DNA of 64,000 nt from an uncultured bacterium (GTDB taxonomy: Bacteria; Muiribacteriota; UBA9980). Position numbers and translations under genes: made by a program. The notes under the pieces are model-generated. The model saw nothing but the letters and a program-made list of their open reading frames with translations, was not told the DNA's origin and did no database searches. Within the stretch, counting starts at the first letter, position 1, and every line of letters begins with the position of its first letter. Of this stretch, positions 1 to 10,561 are shown one piece after another. Location of the stretch: contig CAYQWL010000001.1 in NCBI GenBank assembly GCA_964421195.1, forward strand, positions 5,203 to 69,202. The letters are read 5' to 3'.

Positions 1-1
1 G

Positions 2-724
2 GCCGCGCGCGTATCCGAGAAAAATGACGTTGAAAATAAAGCCGGCGGCGGCGATAATATCTCTGAAAATATCGGCGATAATAACGATAATAATATATTA
101 CCGCACTTTTCCGGCAGACCGGAATATATCATATTCGTTAACGAAGGCAGCGAACTTTATGGAACCGATTTTATTACAAAACTAATTGAGCCGCTCGAAA
201 AAGACGGCGGCATACTTTTTTCAATACCAGCCACCATACTTGCTCAAGAAAATCTTTCTTTTTACCAATTAAATCTTTCATGCGCCGAAAAAAAATATGG
301 TATCGCAATGTGTAACATTATAACTGGATTTTCACCGGATAAGTATGAAATTTTCACTCAGCTTAACATAATGGCCGTAGCTATGCGTTATAAAACTTAT
401 GTAGATCTTCAAGCCGGTTGCGATTTTATTACCAATCCGGTAGATTTCAATTTTATACCGGAGCTGATGAAGCGCCGGCCGCAATGCGCGGTAATAGCGC
501 CTCAATGCGCCGCATTTTTACCTGAATTTTCAAATTTTACCGATTTATGGAAATTATTTTATAATAACGCACGACGCAATGCATGGTTTAATTATAACAG
601 CGGCAGCCTGCAAATAAAGTCAAACCAGACGTTTAAATCTTTTTACACGATCGCGTATAGCTGCGGGCTCATACGGCAATATTTTCACCGCTTCAGCAAA
701 AGCCGTGAAAATTATAAGAGGTGA
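2..724 (+). CDS. Hypothetical protein, 5'-partial. The reading frame is open from the window edge; the ORF-track Met at 308 is internal.
   Basis: I translated frame 2 from nt 2 and found no stop before the TGA at 722-724. The stop overlaps the GTG start of the next gene (GTGA). No recognisable motifs. It sits in a polysaccharide/envelope gene block. Confidence 0.5.
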   Translation, partial: AARVSEKNDVENKAGGGDNISENIGDNNDNNILPHFSGRPEYIIFVNEGSELYGTDFITKLIEPLEKDGGILFSIPATILAQENLSFYQLNLSCAEKKYGIAMCNIITGFSPDKYEIFTQLNIMAVAMRYKTYVDLQAGCDFITNPVDFNFIPELMKRRPQCAVIAPQCAAFLPEFSNFTDLWKLFYNNARRNAWFNYNSGSLQIKSNQTFKSFYTIAYSCGLIRQYFHRFSKSRENYKR

Positions 725-1674
725 GCGGCATTAAAGTATTAATTACCGGCGCGGCCGGCCTCGTAGGTTCTTATCTTTGTGAAATCTGCCTTGAAGCCGG
801 ATATAAAGTAACCGGAATCGACAATTTTTTCAGAGGAAGCATCCAAAATCTCAAAAACGCATTACATTCGTCAAAATTTAAATTTATCGAAGGCGATATA
901 TTAAACGGCCCGGCGATACCCGGCGGCGGGTTCGACTGCGTATTCCACTTAGCGGCCGTAGTCGCCACAAAATTTTTTTATGAAGGCGTTATCGATACTT
1001 TTGAAACCAACTGCCGTGGAACTAAAATTATGCTCGACTGGTCGGCCGAAAACGGCGTTAAAAAATTCATAAACGCATCAAGCTCTGAGATATACGGCCA
1101 TGCGCAAAAAATACCGACAGATGAACTTACACCCGCGTATTTCGACGCCGTAGAAATTACTCCGCGCTGGTCTTACGCTCTCGGTAAAATGCTCGGCGAA
1201 CATATAGCTAATTCATATTCCAGACGCTTCAAAGTCTGCCATCTGCGTTACGCTAATATTTACGGGCCGCGCGATATTGACGAAAATCACATAATACCAT
1301 ATTTATTAAAAAATATCCATGAAAACCGTAAAATCATCGTAAATAAAAATGCGGACCATATACGGCGCTCTTTTTTATATGCAACGGACGCCGCCATTGC
1401 CGCTTTTCAGGCGGCCATAAACGGCGCGGGATGCGGCGAAGCATATAACATAGGCTCCATAGAAGAAATCAGCATAAACGATTTAATTCAAAAAGCCTTT
1501 CAAATATGTTCTAAAAAAGTTGAAATCGAATACAGCTTAGAACGCTCCGGCGATCCAGCCCGAAGACTGCTTGATATAACGCGGGCAAAAGAAAAATTAG
1601 GATTCATTCCCGAAGTCAATCTCGATTACGGCATGAGAAAAACATACGAAGCTATAATCACATCAGGGAAATAA
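721..1674 (+). CDS. NAD-dependent epimerase/dehydratase (extended SDR family; UDP-sugar epimerase or decarboxylase-like)
   Basis: N-terminal Rossmann motif TGAAGLVGS. Catalytic YxxxK present as Y-ALG-K. Length 317 aa. GTG start with a 4-bp overlap onto the upstream gene. Confidence 0.8.
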   Translation: MSGIKVLITGAAGLVGSYLCEICLEAGYKVTGIDNFFRGSIQNLKNALHSSKFKFIEGDILNGPAIPGGGFDCVFHLAAVVATKFFYEGVIDTFETNCRGTKIMLDWSAENGVKKFINASSSEIYGHAQKIPTDELTPAYFDAVEITPRWSYALGKMLGEHIANSYSRRFKVCHLRYANIYGPRDIDENHIIPYLLKNIHENRKIIVNKNADHIRRSFLYATDAAIAAFQAAINGAGCGEAYNIGSIEEISINDLIQKAFQICSKKVEIEYSLERSGDPARRLLDITRAKEKLGFIPEVNLDYGMRKTYEAIITSGK

Positions 1675-1693
1675 AAAATATATAGGAGTTTTT

Positions 1694-3313
1694 ATGCCAG
1701 GCCCTGAAAGCTTAATATATAAATTACATCCGGCATTAATAGCGCTTCACCCCTTCCTGCTCACTCTCGCGAACAATCTCGCCGACGCAAGTTTTTCACA
1801 AACGCTTCTTCCGCTCGCGGCGGTAACCATATTTTGTATCATATTCTCGGCGGGCGCATATTTGATATATAAAAAATGCGCGGGACGCGCGGCGGCCGTT
1901 ACCTCCATATTCATATTCATGTTTTTTTCTTACGGCCGCCTTGAAGACGCGTTATTTAATATTTGCGGCAATATTAACGATAAAATACTTTTATTCAGCT
2001 CGATAATTATTTTTTTAATAATCGCACTTAAAATAAAAGACGCGAAAAATAAAACAATTGAAAACCTCAACGTTATAATATCCGCGTTCGCCGCCGTGCT
2101 GTTTTTATTTCCGGCGTTTGAAATCGCGGCTGATAAATATTTTAAACAAACGAACGCGAAGAACCTCGACGGTATTTTTATAGAATCCGTGCCATATTTT
2201 AATAAAATCGACGATAATAAATATGAAAAACCCGATATTTTTCATATTTTTCTCGACGAATACGGCCGGTCAGATATTTTAAACGAAATATATAAATTAA
2301 ACAATTCGGAATTTATTACTTATCTTGAACAAAAAGGATTTTTTGTAGCGGATAAAAGCCGATGCAATTATTGCTACACCGACCTCTCGCTGCTTTCTAC
2401 ATTCAATATGGACTATTTAGATACCATGAGCGCCGTGTTAAATTTAAAAGACTCTTCCGAACGCAGTAATGACGCCAAAAAGCTATTATGGCATAACGCC
2501 GCTTTCAAATTTGCAAAAAAAGCCGGATATAAAATAATCACCTTTAACACCGGCGAGTTATATACCTCAATAACCAATTCCGATATACATTATTCTCCGT
2601 TCAGCGGCGATTATTATAATTCTTTTTACATAAACCTGCTGATCAATTTAACTCCGCTTCCAGTAATGCTTTCCGCGATAGGCGCAGATCCATATCTGCT
2701 ATACGACGCGGCCGAAAGTCATCGTAAAATCATATTATATCCTTTTAATAAAATCGAAGAAATTCTTTCTGCCGGCGATGGGCCGGTTTTCGCCTGCATG
2801 TGGATCGATAGCCCGCATCCGCCCTTCGTATTCGATGAAAATGGAAATCCGGTAACCGTATATAAAAAAGGCGCGGCGGCTATAGACCGCTGGGCTATAG
2901 AAAGCGAGGAAGATAGAATTGACTATATAAATAATTACAGGCGCCAGCTCGCGTTTATAAGTAAAAAAACGGCGCGGCTCATAGATACAATTATTACAAA
3001 ATCAAAACGGCCGCCTGTAATAATTCTTCAAAGCGATCACGGGCCCGCATCGAGATTTGAATTCGAAAAAATGCCTTCTGATCCGATAACATTCAGGGAA
3101 CGTTTCGCGATACTGAACGCTTATTACTTCGGCGGCCGCGATCATAAACTTATTAAAGGCCTGCATAAAGCTATCACGCCCGTAAATACGTTCAGAATCG
3201 TCTTTAACGAATATTTTAAAACCGAATTTGAAATATTAGCCGATAAATGTTTTCATTCGACATGGCTTCTGCCTTATAATTTTACCGACATAACGTCCAG
3301 AATAATTCAATAA
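1694..3313 (+). CDS. Membrane-anchored alkaline-phosphatase/sulfatase-superfamily protein (LtaS/EptA-like fold; polysaccharide or lipid headgroup transferase candidate)
   Basis: Four to five N-terminal hydrophobic helices. The C-terminal catalytic-domain-like region carries 'CMWIDSPHPPF' and 'ILQSDHGP' motifs typical of the sulfatase/phosphoethanolamine-transferase metal site. RBS TAGGAG. Confidence 0.5.
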   Translation: MPGPESLIYKLHPALIALHPFLLTLANNLADASFSQTLLPLAAVTIFCIIFSAGAYLIYKKCAGRAAAVTSIFIFMFFSYGRLEDALFNICGNINDKILLFSSIIIFLIIALKIKDAKNKTIENLNVIISAFAAVLFLFPAFEIAADKYFKQTNAKNLDGIFIESVPYFNKIDDNKYEKPDIFHIFLDEYGRSDILNEIYKLNNSEFITYLEQKGFFVADKSRCNYCYTDLSLLSTFNMDYLDTMSAVLNLKDSSERSNDAKKLLWHNAAFKFAKKAGYKIITFNTGELYTSITNSDIHYSPFSGDYYNSFYINLLINLTPLPVMLSAIGADPYLLYDAAESHRKIILYPFNKIEEILSAGDGPVFACMWIDSPHPPFVFDENGNPVTVYKKGAAAIDRWAIESEEDRIDYINNYRRQLAFISKKTARLIDTIITKSKRPPVIILQSDHGPASRFEFEKMPSDPITFRERFAILNAYYFGGRDHKLIKGLHKAITPVNTFRIVFNEYFKTEFEILADKCFHSTWLLPYNFTDITSRIIQ

Positions 3314-3373
3314 TATAACCGCAGCCATATTTATTATCACTTTTATAAAAATCAAGCCGCGCAAAATAATAAA

Positions 3374-4417
3374 ATGAACTATACTAATTTTTATAAATAT
3401 TTTATTTTTTTCGTTATAATTTTTTGCATAACCGCCGGACGGACGGATTTTACACACGCCAGAACGCCCGATAAAAAAACATACACAAAGCTCGATAAAA
3501 ATTACGATTATTACCATAATATTAGCGGCGCGCGCATGACCGATAAATATGAATCCATTAAAAACGCCTTCGACGAATTAAAATTAAAAAAATATCGGAA
3601 TAAATTTATTTTCGCGGCCATAACGGACATTAAAAATGGACGGATAATTTTTACGAGCAGCCGCGATTTTTATTTCAAAAATAAAATCAGGCCGGGATCG
3701 ATAATAAAAATTTTTGACTACGCGCTTATTTTAAAAAACATTAAAAACGCCGAAGAAAATATTTATTTCTGCCGTGATCAAATTTTTCATAACGACGTTC
3801 TTTATAATTGTTCACAAAAAGGCGGCCACGGCGAATTAAATCTTGAACGCGCATTTTACCTTTCATGCAATTTATATTTTCAAAATTACATGAGGAAAAT
3901 ACCGAGAATTAAATTTTGCCGCGCGCTTAAAAAATGCGGTTTTATAAACGATACCGTTGAACAAAAAATATTAAATGCTACTACCGAAAAATATTCACAA
4001 ATAGTAATCGGCGATGGCGATATAACTGTCACTCCCGAAAAGCTTATCGAATTGGTGAGATTTTTCGCGGCCGGCGGAGCGGCGGCCGGCCCCGCCTCAT
4101 CCTGCTATCATGAATTATTTTATACGGCAATCGAAAAAATAAACGCCGCCATGCGGCTTACCGCTTTACGGGGCACGGCGGCGGAAACGCTCCGCGGACT
4201 TGACTGCGCGGCTAAAACCGGTTCGGCCACAATTATATCAAAAATAGAAAACGGCAAAAAAATAATATTAACCTCGGCAATTTTTATAGGATACGCCCCT
4301 TATGTCTCACCAGAATACGCTATTATGACCTTTTGTGAAACCGGAATGGGCGGAGCGGACGGAGCATATATAGCGCGCCGGCTTCTTGAAGCCGTTAACG
4401 TAACCGTAATAAAATAA
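3374..4417 (+). CDS. Penicillin-binding-protein transpeptidase-domain protein (β-lactamase/PBP fold), secreted
   Basis: Signal peptide. SxxK (S109-IIK112), SxN (S164-C-N166) and KTG (K281-T-G) active-site triad in canonical order. PBP-like 'GDGDITVTPEKL' motif. Confidence 0.6.
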   Translation: MNYTNFYKYFIFFVIIFCITAGRTDFTHARTPDKKTYTKLDKNYDYYHNISGARMTDKYESIKNAFDELKLKKYRNKFIFAAITDIKNGRIIFTSSRDFYFKNKIRPGSIIKIFDYALILKNIKNAEENIYFCRDQIFHNDVLYNCSQKGGHGELNLERAFYLSCNLYFQNYMRKIPRIKFCRALKKCGFINDTVEQKILNATTEKYSQIVIGDGDITVTPEKLIELVRFFAAGGAAAGPASSCYHELFYTAIEKINAAMRLTALRGTAAETLRGLDCAAKTGSATIISKIENGKKIILTSAIFIGYAPYVSPEYAIMTFCETGMGGADGAYIARRLLEAVNVTVIK

Positions 4418-4520
4418 CGATTTTTTAATAATTTTCGGTACATCTTTACCCGGCGCATCTTTATCCTTTTTCAATTTTTTAAACAAAAATAAACAATCAA
4501 ATAGACTTTAGACTTTAAAT

Positions 4521-4549
4521 TTGCATTTCATCTTAAAATTATGTATAAT
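4521..4549 (+). promoter_or_regulatory. Near-consensus σ70 promoter upstream of the TldD/PmbA operon (TTGCAT-17 bp-TATAAT)
   Basis: -35 TTGCAT at 4521-4526, a 17-nt spacer, and -10 TATAAT at 4544-4549. RBS GGGAGG at 4602-4607 and ATG at 4614. Confidence 0.55.
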
Positions 4550-4613
4550 ATATATAATAATTTTAAAAAATATAATAATTTTAAAATAAACAGAATAAAC
4601 CGGGAGGTATGAA

Positions 4614-6053
4614 ATGAAAAGCGTTATCGAAGATTTATTCAGCCGGCTAAAAAACAGCGGAGCGTCTTATTCGGATATCAGAATTATCAACACCGACGAA
4701 GAAGGCGTTGCGACTAACAACAACAAAGTCGATAATTACAGCGTATCGGCCGATGAAGGATTCGGCATAAGAGTATTTTATAAGGGCGCGATGGGATTCG
4801 CTTCTTCAAATATTGTCAATGAAGCTGAAATTCGGCGTGTCGCTGATTTCGCTTTTTCGATAGCGAAAGCTTCGGCGCTCACGGTAGATAAACCCGCTGA
4901 ACTCGCTCCATGTGAAGCCGTTAAAGATAAATACACGACACCGATAGAAATAGACCCGTTCAATGTATCGCTCGACGAAAAGCTCGGACTGCTATTTGAT
5001 TGTGAAGATCTTATGCGAAAAGTTAAGGGTATATCAATTACAAAAGGATTTTTAAAATTCTGGAAAACTAATAAAAAATTCTATTCATCAGACGGCGCGG
5101 ATATTGAACAAACCATTTATGAATCCGGCGGTGGAATCGAATGTTACAGCGTAGTCCAGGGCGATTTTCAAAAACGTTCATTCCCTAATTCTTTTCGCGG
5201 CAATTACGGCACGGCGGGGTTCGAATACATTAAAAAACTCGGATTAAAGGAAAATTCAGAAAGAATAGCCCGTGAATGCTCCGCGCTCATCGCCGCTCCG
5301 CAAATGCCATCGGGCCTTGCAACGTTGATTATAGGCGGTTCACAGCTCGGCCTTCAGGTGCATGAATCATGCGGCCATGCGGTCGAATTAGACAGAGTTC
5401 TCGGACTCGAAGCCAGTTATGCGGGAACTTCCTTTTTAACTTTAGATAAACGCGGTTCGTTTAAATACGGCTCCGACATAGTAAATATTACCGCTGACGC
5501 CACTATAACGGGCGGGCTCGGTTCATTCAAATACGACGACGAAGGCGTCGCCGCGCAAAAAATAGAAATAGTCAAAAACGGAATATTTTTAAATTACCTT
5601 TCTTCACGCGACACCGCGGCCTGCCTCAAAGAACGCTCTAACGGCACGGCGCGCGCGGACGGCTGGGCGCGTATACCAATAGTGCGTATGACAAACGTTA
5701 ATTTAGAACCTGGCGAACCGGAGCTCGAAGAACTTATCGCCGACACTAAAGACGGATATTATATCGACACTAACACATCATGGTCGATAGACGATAAGCG
5801 CATCAATTTTCAATTCGGTTGTGAAATCGCATGGGAAATTAAAAACGGAAAGCTTGGGAAAATATACAAAAATCCTACATATTACGGCATAACTCCAGAA
5901 TTCTGGAGCAATTGCGACGCCATCTGCAATAAAAATCATCAGGTAATATGGGGTACGCCGAATTGCGGCAAAGGCGAACCTGGCCAGGTCATGCATGTAG
6001 CGCACCGCACTTCTCCGGCAAGATTCAAAAATGTAAGGGTAGGTGTTAAATAA
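4614..6053 (+). CDS. tldD: TldD-family metalloprotease
   Basis: HExxxH zinc motif in context 'HESCGHAVELD'. Glycine-rich C-terminal β-region. Length 479 aa, matching TldD. Immediately followed and translationally coupled to a PmbA-like paralog. Confidence 0.8.
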   Translation: MKSVIEDLFSRLKNSGASYSDIRIINTDEEGVATNNNKVDNYSVSADEGFGIRVFYKGAMGFASSNIVNEAEIRRVADFAFSIAKASALTVDKPAELAPCEAVKDKYTTPIEIDPFNVSLDEKLGLLFDCEDLMRKVKGISITKGFLKFWKTNKKFYSSDGADIEQTIYESGGGIECYSVVQGDFQKRSFPNSFRGNYGTAGFEYIKKLGLKENSERIARECSALIAAPQMPSGLATLIIGGSQLGLQVHESCGHAVELDRVLGLEASYAGTSFLTLDKRGSFKYGSDIVNITADATITGGLGSFKYDDEGVAAQKIEIVKNGIFLNYLSSRDTAACLKERSNGTARADGWARIPIVRMTNVNLEPGEPELEELIADTKDGYYIDTNTSWSIDDKRINFQFGCEIAWEIKNGKLGKIYKNPTYYGITPEFWSNCDAICNKNHQVIWGTPNCGKGEPGQVMHVAHRTSPARFKNVRVGVK

Positions 6054-6055
6054 TT

Positions 6056-7405
6056 ATGTTATTCGGTGAAAAAGAATTTTCAAAAATATACGATTATATA
6101 AAAGCCAATAGTAAATTCGATAAATTCGACTTATTAATAAACGCTTTCGACAGCAAATTAACCCGTTTCGCCAATTCCGTAATACATCAAAACGTGGCCG
6201 AAAAAAATTTTTCCGTACTTTTACGCGGAGTAAAAAACAACCGGGCCGCGGTAGCATCGATTAACTCAAACGATTCAAAAAAATTAAACGCTTTGATTAA
6301 AAACGTCGAGACTATAATATCGCTTAAAAAAGAAGACGAAGACGCCTGCATTATAAATAAATGGGAAGAACTGCCGGTATATTCGCAATTCTGGAATGAA
6401 AACACCGCCGCTTACACTCCCGCTCAAATGGCCGAATCGGTAAATATCATATTAAAAAAAGCGAAAAGCGATAATATCGACGCATTCGGCGCTTTTGAAA
6501 TTAATTTATCAGAAATTTTTTTCGCCAACTCATTCGGATTAAAAAGATACAACCCGGTAACCATGGCTTCGCTCAACGTTACCGCCATGGGCGGGCAATA
6601 CAGCTATGCCGGCCTTGCGCTCGGCCGAAACTGCGATGCATCAAAAATTGATTTCGATAAAATCGCGGGCGACGCATGTGGAATATGCCTCAGGGCAAGG
6701 AACCCGAAAGATATTGAACCCGGCCGTTACGATGTTATTTTATCGCGCCAGGCGGGAGAAAACCTGTTCAGCACGTTAAGTTATCTTGGCTTTTCAGCGC
6801 GCACATATCAGGAAGGCCGAAGCTTTCTATGCGGCAAACTCGGCTCTAAAATTTGCGGCGATAATATAACTTTATGGGATGACGGCGCCGATGTTACCGG
6901 TCAGCCCATGCCATTCGACTTCGAAGGCGTCAAAAAAGAAAAAATAATGCTTATAGAAAACGGAGTCGCTAAAAATTTAGTTTACGATACTAAAACCGCT
7001 AAAAAAGATAACAAAAAATCAACGGGCCATGCGCTTCCGGCAACTTCATCCTACGGCCCGCTACCATGGAACCTTTTCGTAAAACCCGGCGATCACAGCA
7101 TTGAAGAAATGATTAAATCAACCAGAAAAGGCATTTTAATCACCTCATTTCATTATGTAAATATAGTGGATCCTCGTGAAACGACCATAACCGGCATGAC
7201 AAGAAACGGAACTTTCATGATAGAAAACGGCGAAGTAACCTATCCCATTAAAAACCTTCGTTTTACCCAGAACATCTGCGAAGCGCTGTCTAACGTTGAA
7301 ATGCTCGGCAACGACCCTGAATTAATAGGCGATTCCTTCGGCGGCACGGTACTTCCATGTATGAAAATTAAAAATTTTAACTTTACGTCAAAAACGGAAT
7401 TTTAA
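6056..7405 (+). CDS. pmbA: PmbA/TldE-family protein (partner subunit of TldD)
   Basis: 449 aa. Shares the TldD/PmbA fold signatures (C-terminal 'GxxxNGxxxxP', 'FTQN') but lacks HExxxH. The start lies 2 nt after the tldD stop. Confidence 0.75.
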   Translation: MLFGEKEFSKIYDYIKANSKFDKFDLLINAFDSKLTRFANSVIHQNVAEKNFSVLLRGVKNNRAAVASINSNDSKKLNALIKNVETIISLKKEDEDACIINKWEELPVYSQFWNENTAAYTPAQMAESVNIILKKAKSDNIDAFGAFEINLSEIFFANSFGLKRYNPVTMASLNVTAMGGQYSYAGLALGRNCDASKIDFDKIAGDACGICLRARNPKDIEPGRYDVILSRQAGENLFSTLSYLGFSARTYQEGRSFLCGKLGSKICGDNITLWDDGADVTGQPMPFDFEGVKKEKIMLIENGVAKNLVYDTKTAKKDNKKSTGHALPATSSYGPLPWNLFVKPGDHSIEEMIKSTRKGILITSFHYVNIVDPRETTITGMTRNGTFMIENGEVTYPIKNLRFTQNICEALSNVEMLGNDPELIGDSFGGTVLPCMKIKNFNFTSKTEF

Positions 7406-7407
7406 TT

Positions 7408-9075
7408 TTAATTTATTCTATAAATTTCAACGGTTTTATCTTTTCCTTTTAATTTAGTTTCGCCCGCTTTTTCAAACTTAACGTTTTCGAAAAGTGCGGG
7501 CGAAATTTTTTCATAAACGCTCGATGTAATTAAAATATCTGCCTGATAATCTTTAGTCTTCGATTCTATACGTGAAGCCGTATTAACGGTATCGCCTATA
7601 ACGGTATATTCCAGCCGGTCCGTGGTCCCTATGCTGCCCGCGATAAGCGTTCCTGTATGTATTCCTATGCCAAAATGAATATCGCCGGCGGGTTTTACTC
7701 CATGTTTATTAAATTCTAAAAGAGCGCCGCGCATTTTTACGGCTGATAAAACCGCGTCATTAACATGATCATGCGATCCGAGATGCGGAAGATAAACAGC
7801 CATAACCGCATCGCCCATAAACTTGTTTACGATGCCGCGATGCGATACTATAGGAGCGGTTATATATGAAAAATAAGAATTAAGCATCTCGACTAACTGC
7901 CTTGCGTTTATACGTTCGGATATGCTCGTAAAATTTCTGATATCGCAAAAAAGAACGGTCGCTTCAGTTTCTTCTCCGCCGGGACCGAAAGCTCCGCCGC
8001 CGGTAAGAAGCTCACGGGCTACTTTTGTAGAAACATATTTGCCGAAAGTTTCACGTAAAAGTTCGCGTTCGCTAAGCTGTGCGGCCATTACATTAAAATG
8101 TGATTTCATTCGGGCTATTTCATCAGTAAAATATATTCGTGTTTTAACGCTGAAATCGCCCTCCGACAACTTTTGCATTTTTACACACAAATCATCGAGA
8201 GGTTTTTGTATATTTTTAACTATAAAAGCTATACCGAGCACCATGGGAGTAAAAGAGCCGACCACGATTAAATTAAAAATATTAGAAGATGCCGAATCGA
8301 TAAGCTTAATATTATTAATTATAAAAAAATAAAGTAAACAAAGAGGAATAACCGCCGTAGATATAAAAAGCATTATTATTTTTACCGCGATAGAAATTTG
8401 AAAGCCTTCTTTAGTTTTATAAAGCTCGTCATCATCATAAAGCGAACCAGAATAATCCGAAGCAGCGCTAAAAATAAGGCTATCAAGAAACACCGCCGCA
8501 AAACACATCTGCATAACTACCGAAAGCGTCATAGCGGGCAGATTGTATTTAAAAAAATATTCCCATATTATATAATTTTTATAAAACACTATATGCGAAG
8601 CAAGTCTCGCGGCAAATACCATTATAAATATCCTGTATATATCACGGTAAATAAACGTTAGCTTATTACGGGCCGCCTGACGATTTTTTTCCGTCGGATT
8701 TTTTGAAAATCGCCACAATGGAATAAACCAGACCAGCATCATAACCGTCATAAAAACGAAGCCAAAAAGGATCCAGTTAAAAGTGATTCCCGAATGATAC
8801 TGCATTATGGCATTAATACGTTCCTTATGCAGCGCTCCCGCCGCGGCCATATAATAAATAAGAGTAAAAAGCGTATCTATGCCGAGAGTATAACATGGAG
8901 TAATCAAAACCTGAGCGAGATTTCGAAGAGGCAGTCGCCTGTATTCCCGCCCATTTTTAAAACCGCAATCGGTCTTTTCACTTTCTTTTGCCGCATTTAT
9001 TTTTGGATCTCGCTCCGATGCCGCATCAAAAATTTTAGCTTGCTCTGCTTCGCCGTATGAAAATAATGATTTCAT
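7408..9075 (-). CDS. Membrane-bound class III adenylate/guanylate cyclase (multi-TM + HAMP-like + CHD domain)
   Basis: About six N-terminal TM helices. C-terminal cyclase homology domain with 'TVLFCDIRNFTSISE', 'KFMGDAVMAVY' and 'IGIHTGTLIAGSIG' motifs. Confidence 0.8.
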   Translation of the reverse strand: MKSLFSYGEAEQAKIFDAASERDPKINAAKESEKTDCGFKNGREYRRLPLRNLAQVLITPCYTLGIDTLFTLIYYMAAAGALHKERINAIMQYHSGITFNWILFGFVFMTVMMLVWFIPLWRFSKNPTEKNRQAARNKLTFIYRDIYRIFIMVFAARLASHIVFYKNYIIWEYFFKYNLPAMTLSVVMQMCFAAVFLDSLIFSAASDYSGSLYDDDELYKTKEGFQISIAVKIIMLFISTAVIPLCLLYFFIINNIKLIDSASSNIFNLIVVGSFTPMVLGIAFIVKNIQKPLDDLCVKMQKLSEGDFSVKTRIYFTDEIARMKSHFNVMAAQLSERELLRETFGKYVSTKVARELLTGGGAFGPGGEETEATVLFCDIRNFTSISERINARQLVEMLNSYFSYITAPIVSHRGIVNKFMGDAVMAVYLPHLGSHDHVNDAVLSAVKMRGALLEFNKHGVKPAGDIHFGIGIHTGTLIAGSIGTTDRLEYTVIGDTVNTASRIESKTKDYQADILITSSVYEKISPALFENVKFEKAGETKLKGKDKTVEIYRIN

Positions 9076-9291
9076 ATAATTTTCTTCTTTTTTTATAAAT
9101 TATTACATTAAAATCTAAATTATTTATATTCTATACTTAATTTAAGTATTATAACTCATTTTTTTAAAAAAAAATATAAAAAAAATTGCTTTTATTTATA
9201 TTTTAATATAAAATATATTTAATTTAATAACTTAAAACATACGCAGTAATAAAAGCGATCATCAGGCCGCAAATTTAAATCGAGGTGAAAC

Positions 9292-9918
9292 TTGAAACTT
9301 ATCAATATCGACGATGCCGAAGCCGAAATGAAAATCGCCCTTCCGGTGTCCATACCATTTACCGATATAACGCTCGTTGAAGCCGGAGCCATTATAAACG
9401 AATCAACGGTTATAACCCTTAAAAGCATGGGCATTAATGAAGTAACGGTTTACGAAGAAAGCGAATTACGCGAAATGCTCAGGCAGGCCGAAAATGATTC
9501 GGCGGACGCCGCCGATAAAACGCCGAAAGTAATTATTGTTGACGATGAAAAAGAAATATGCGATTATATAAGCGAAATATTATCCAGCGCGGGATTTAAG
9601 CCCATAACCGCTTCCGGCGCGGCTGATGCCTGGAAAAAAATCACTTCTGACGCTTCTATTAACGATATGTTTCTCGATTTAATGATGCCTGAAATGTCAG
9701 GGCTCGAATTTTTAACTAAAATAAGAAATGAACTCGGCAGAAATATAAATGTAATAATAATCACCGCAAAAAAAACTATCGACGAAGTCGTAATAGCAAA
9801 AAAACTCGGCGTAATAGATTACATTATGAAACCATTCAATCCCGAACGAATTTTAAAACCGCTTGCTTCCAGAATTCCGGCCGTAAAATCAGACACGGTT
9901 ACGAAACAAAACAGCTGA
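9292..9918 (+). CDS. Response-regulator receiver-domain protein (CheY-like) with an N-terminal ~80-aa domain of unknown function; TTG start
   Basis: Receiver motifs 'KVIIVDDE', 'DLMMPEMSGLEF' and 'IIITAKK'. No DNA-binding output domain. Divergent from the cyclase gene. Confidence 0.65.
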   Translation: MKLINIDDAEAEMKIALPVSIPFTDITLVEAGAIINESTVITLKSMGINEVTVYEESELREMLRQAENDSADAADKTPKVIIVDDEKEICDYISEILSSAGFKPITASGAADAWKKITSDASINDMFLDLMMPEMSGLEFLTKIRNELGRNINVIIITAKKTIDEVVIAKKLGVIDYIMKPFNPERILKPLASRIPAVKSDTVTKQNS

Positions 9919-9959
9919 TTTATAAATAATATTTTTTAAAAACGATATTTTTTTATTTT

Positions 9960-10541
9960 ATGAGTGAACAATTTAAAGGCCCCGAACTAAAATTCGAACT
10001 TAACGAACGGGAAAAAAACGCATTATTAAAACTTGCCCGCGCCACTCTCGAAATGTATGTTCGAGAAAGAAAAGCTCCCGATTTCAAACCGCACGTTCCA
10101 ATACTTGAAACGATGTGCGGCGCGTTTTCAACGCTTCATAAAAATGGCGATTTACGAGGCTGTATCGGCTATATAGAAGCCCGAAAACCGTTATATCTTA
10201 CTATTATCGAAATGACGCAGGCTGCCGCCATACACGACAGCCGGTTCGAACCAGTCGCCGCCGAAGAGCTCGAAGATATAGACATCGAACTTTCAGTACT
10301 ATCGCCCCTCGAAAAAATAACGGATTTTTCAAAAATAATAATAGGCCGTCACGGCCTTTTCATAAGGCAGGGGTTCTATTCCGGGCTTCTCCTTCCGCAG
10401 GTGGCCGTAGAATGGAATATGAGCACGGCCGTTTTTCTCGAAGAAACATGCCGTAAAGCCGGACTGTCGCGCGACGCATATAAAAATGGCGCCGATGTAT
10501 ATTATTACTCGGCGCAGGTATTTGGTGAAAAGCATAAATAA
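9960..10541 (+). CDS. AMMECR1-domain protein
   Basis: Diagnostic 'CGAFSTLHKNGDLRGCIGYIE' motif. Length 193 aa. Confidence 0.8.
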   Translation: MSEQFKGPELKFELNEREKNALLKLARATLEMYVRERKAPDFKPHVPILETMCGAFSTLHKNGDLRGCIGYIEARKPLYLTIIEMTQAAAIHDSRFEPVAAEELEDIDIELSVLSPLEKITDFSKIIIGRHGLFIRQGFYSGLLLPQVAVEWNMSTAVFLEETCRKAGLSRDAYKNGADVYYYSAQVFGEKHK

Positions 10542-10561
10542 TTATTTTATTATCGCGTAAA

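Noticed and set aside
308-724. ORF-track CDS starting at Met 308
   Set aside because: The reading frame is open back to nt 2 with a coding-like translation. I treat it as the internal Met of a 5'-truncated gene.
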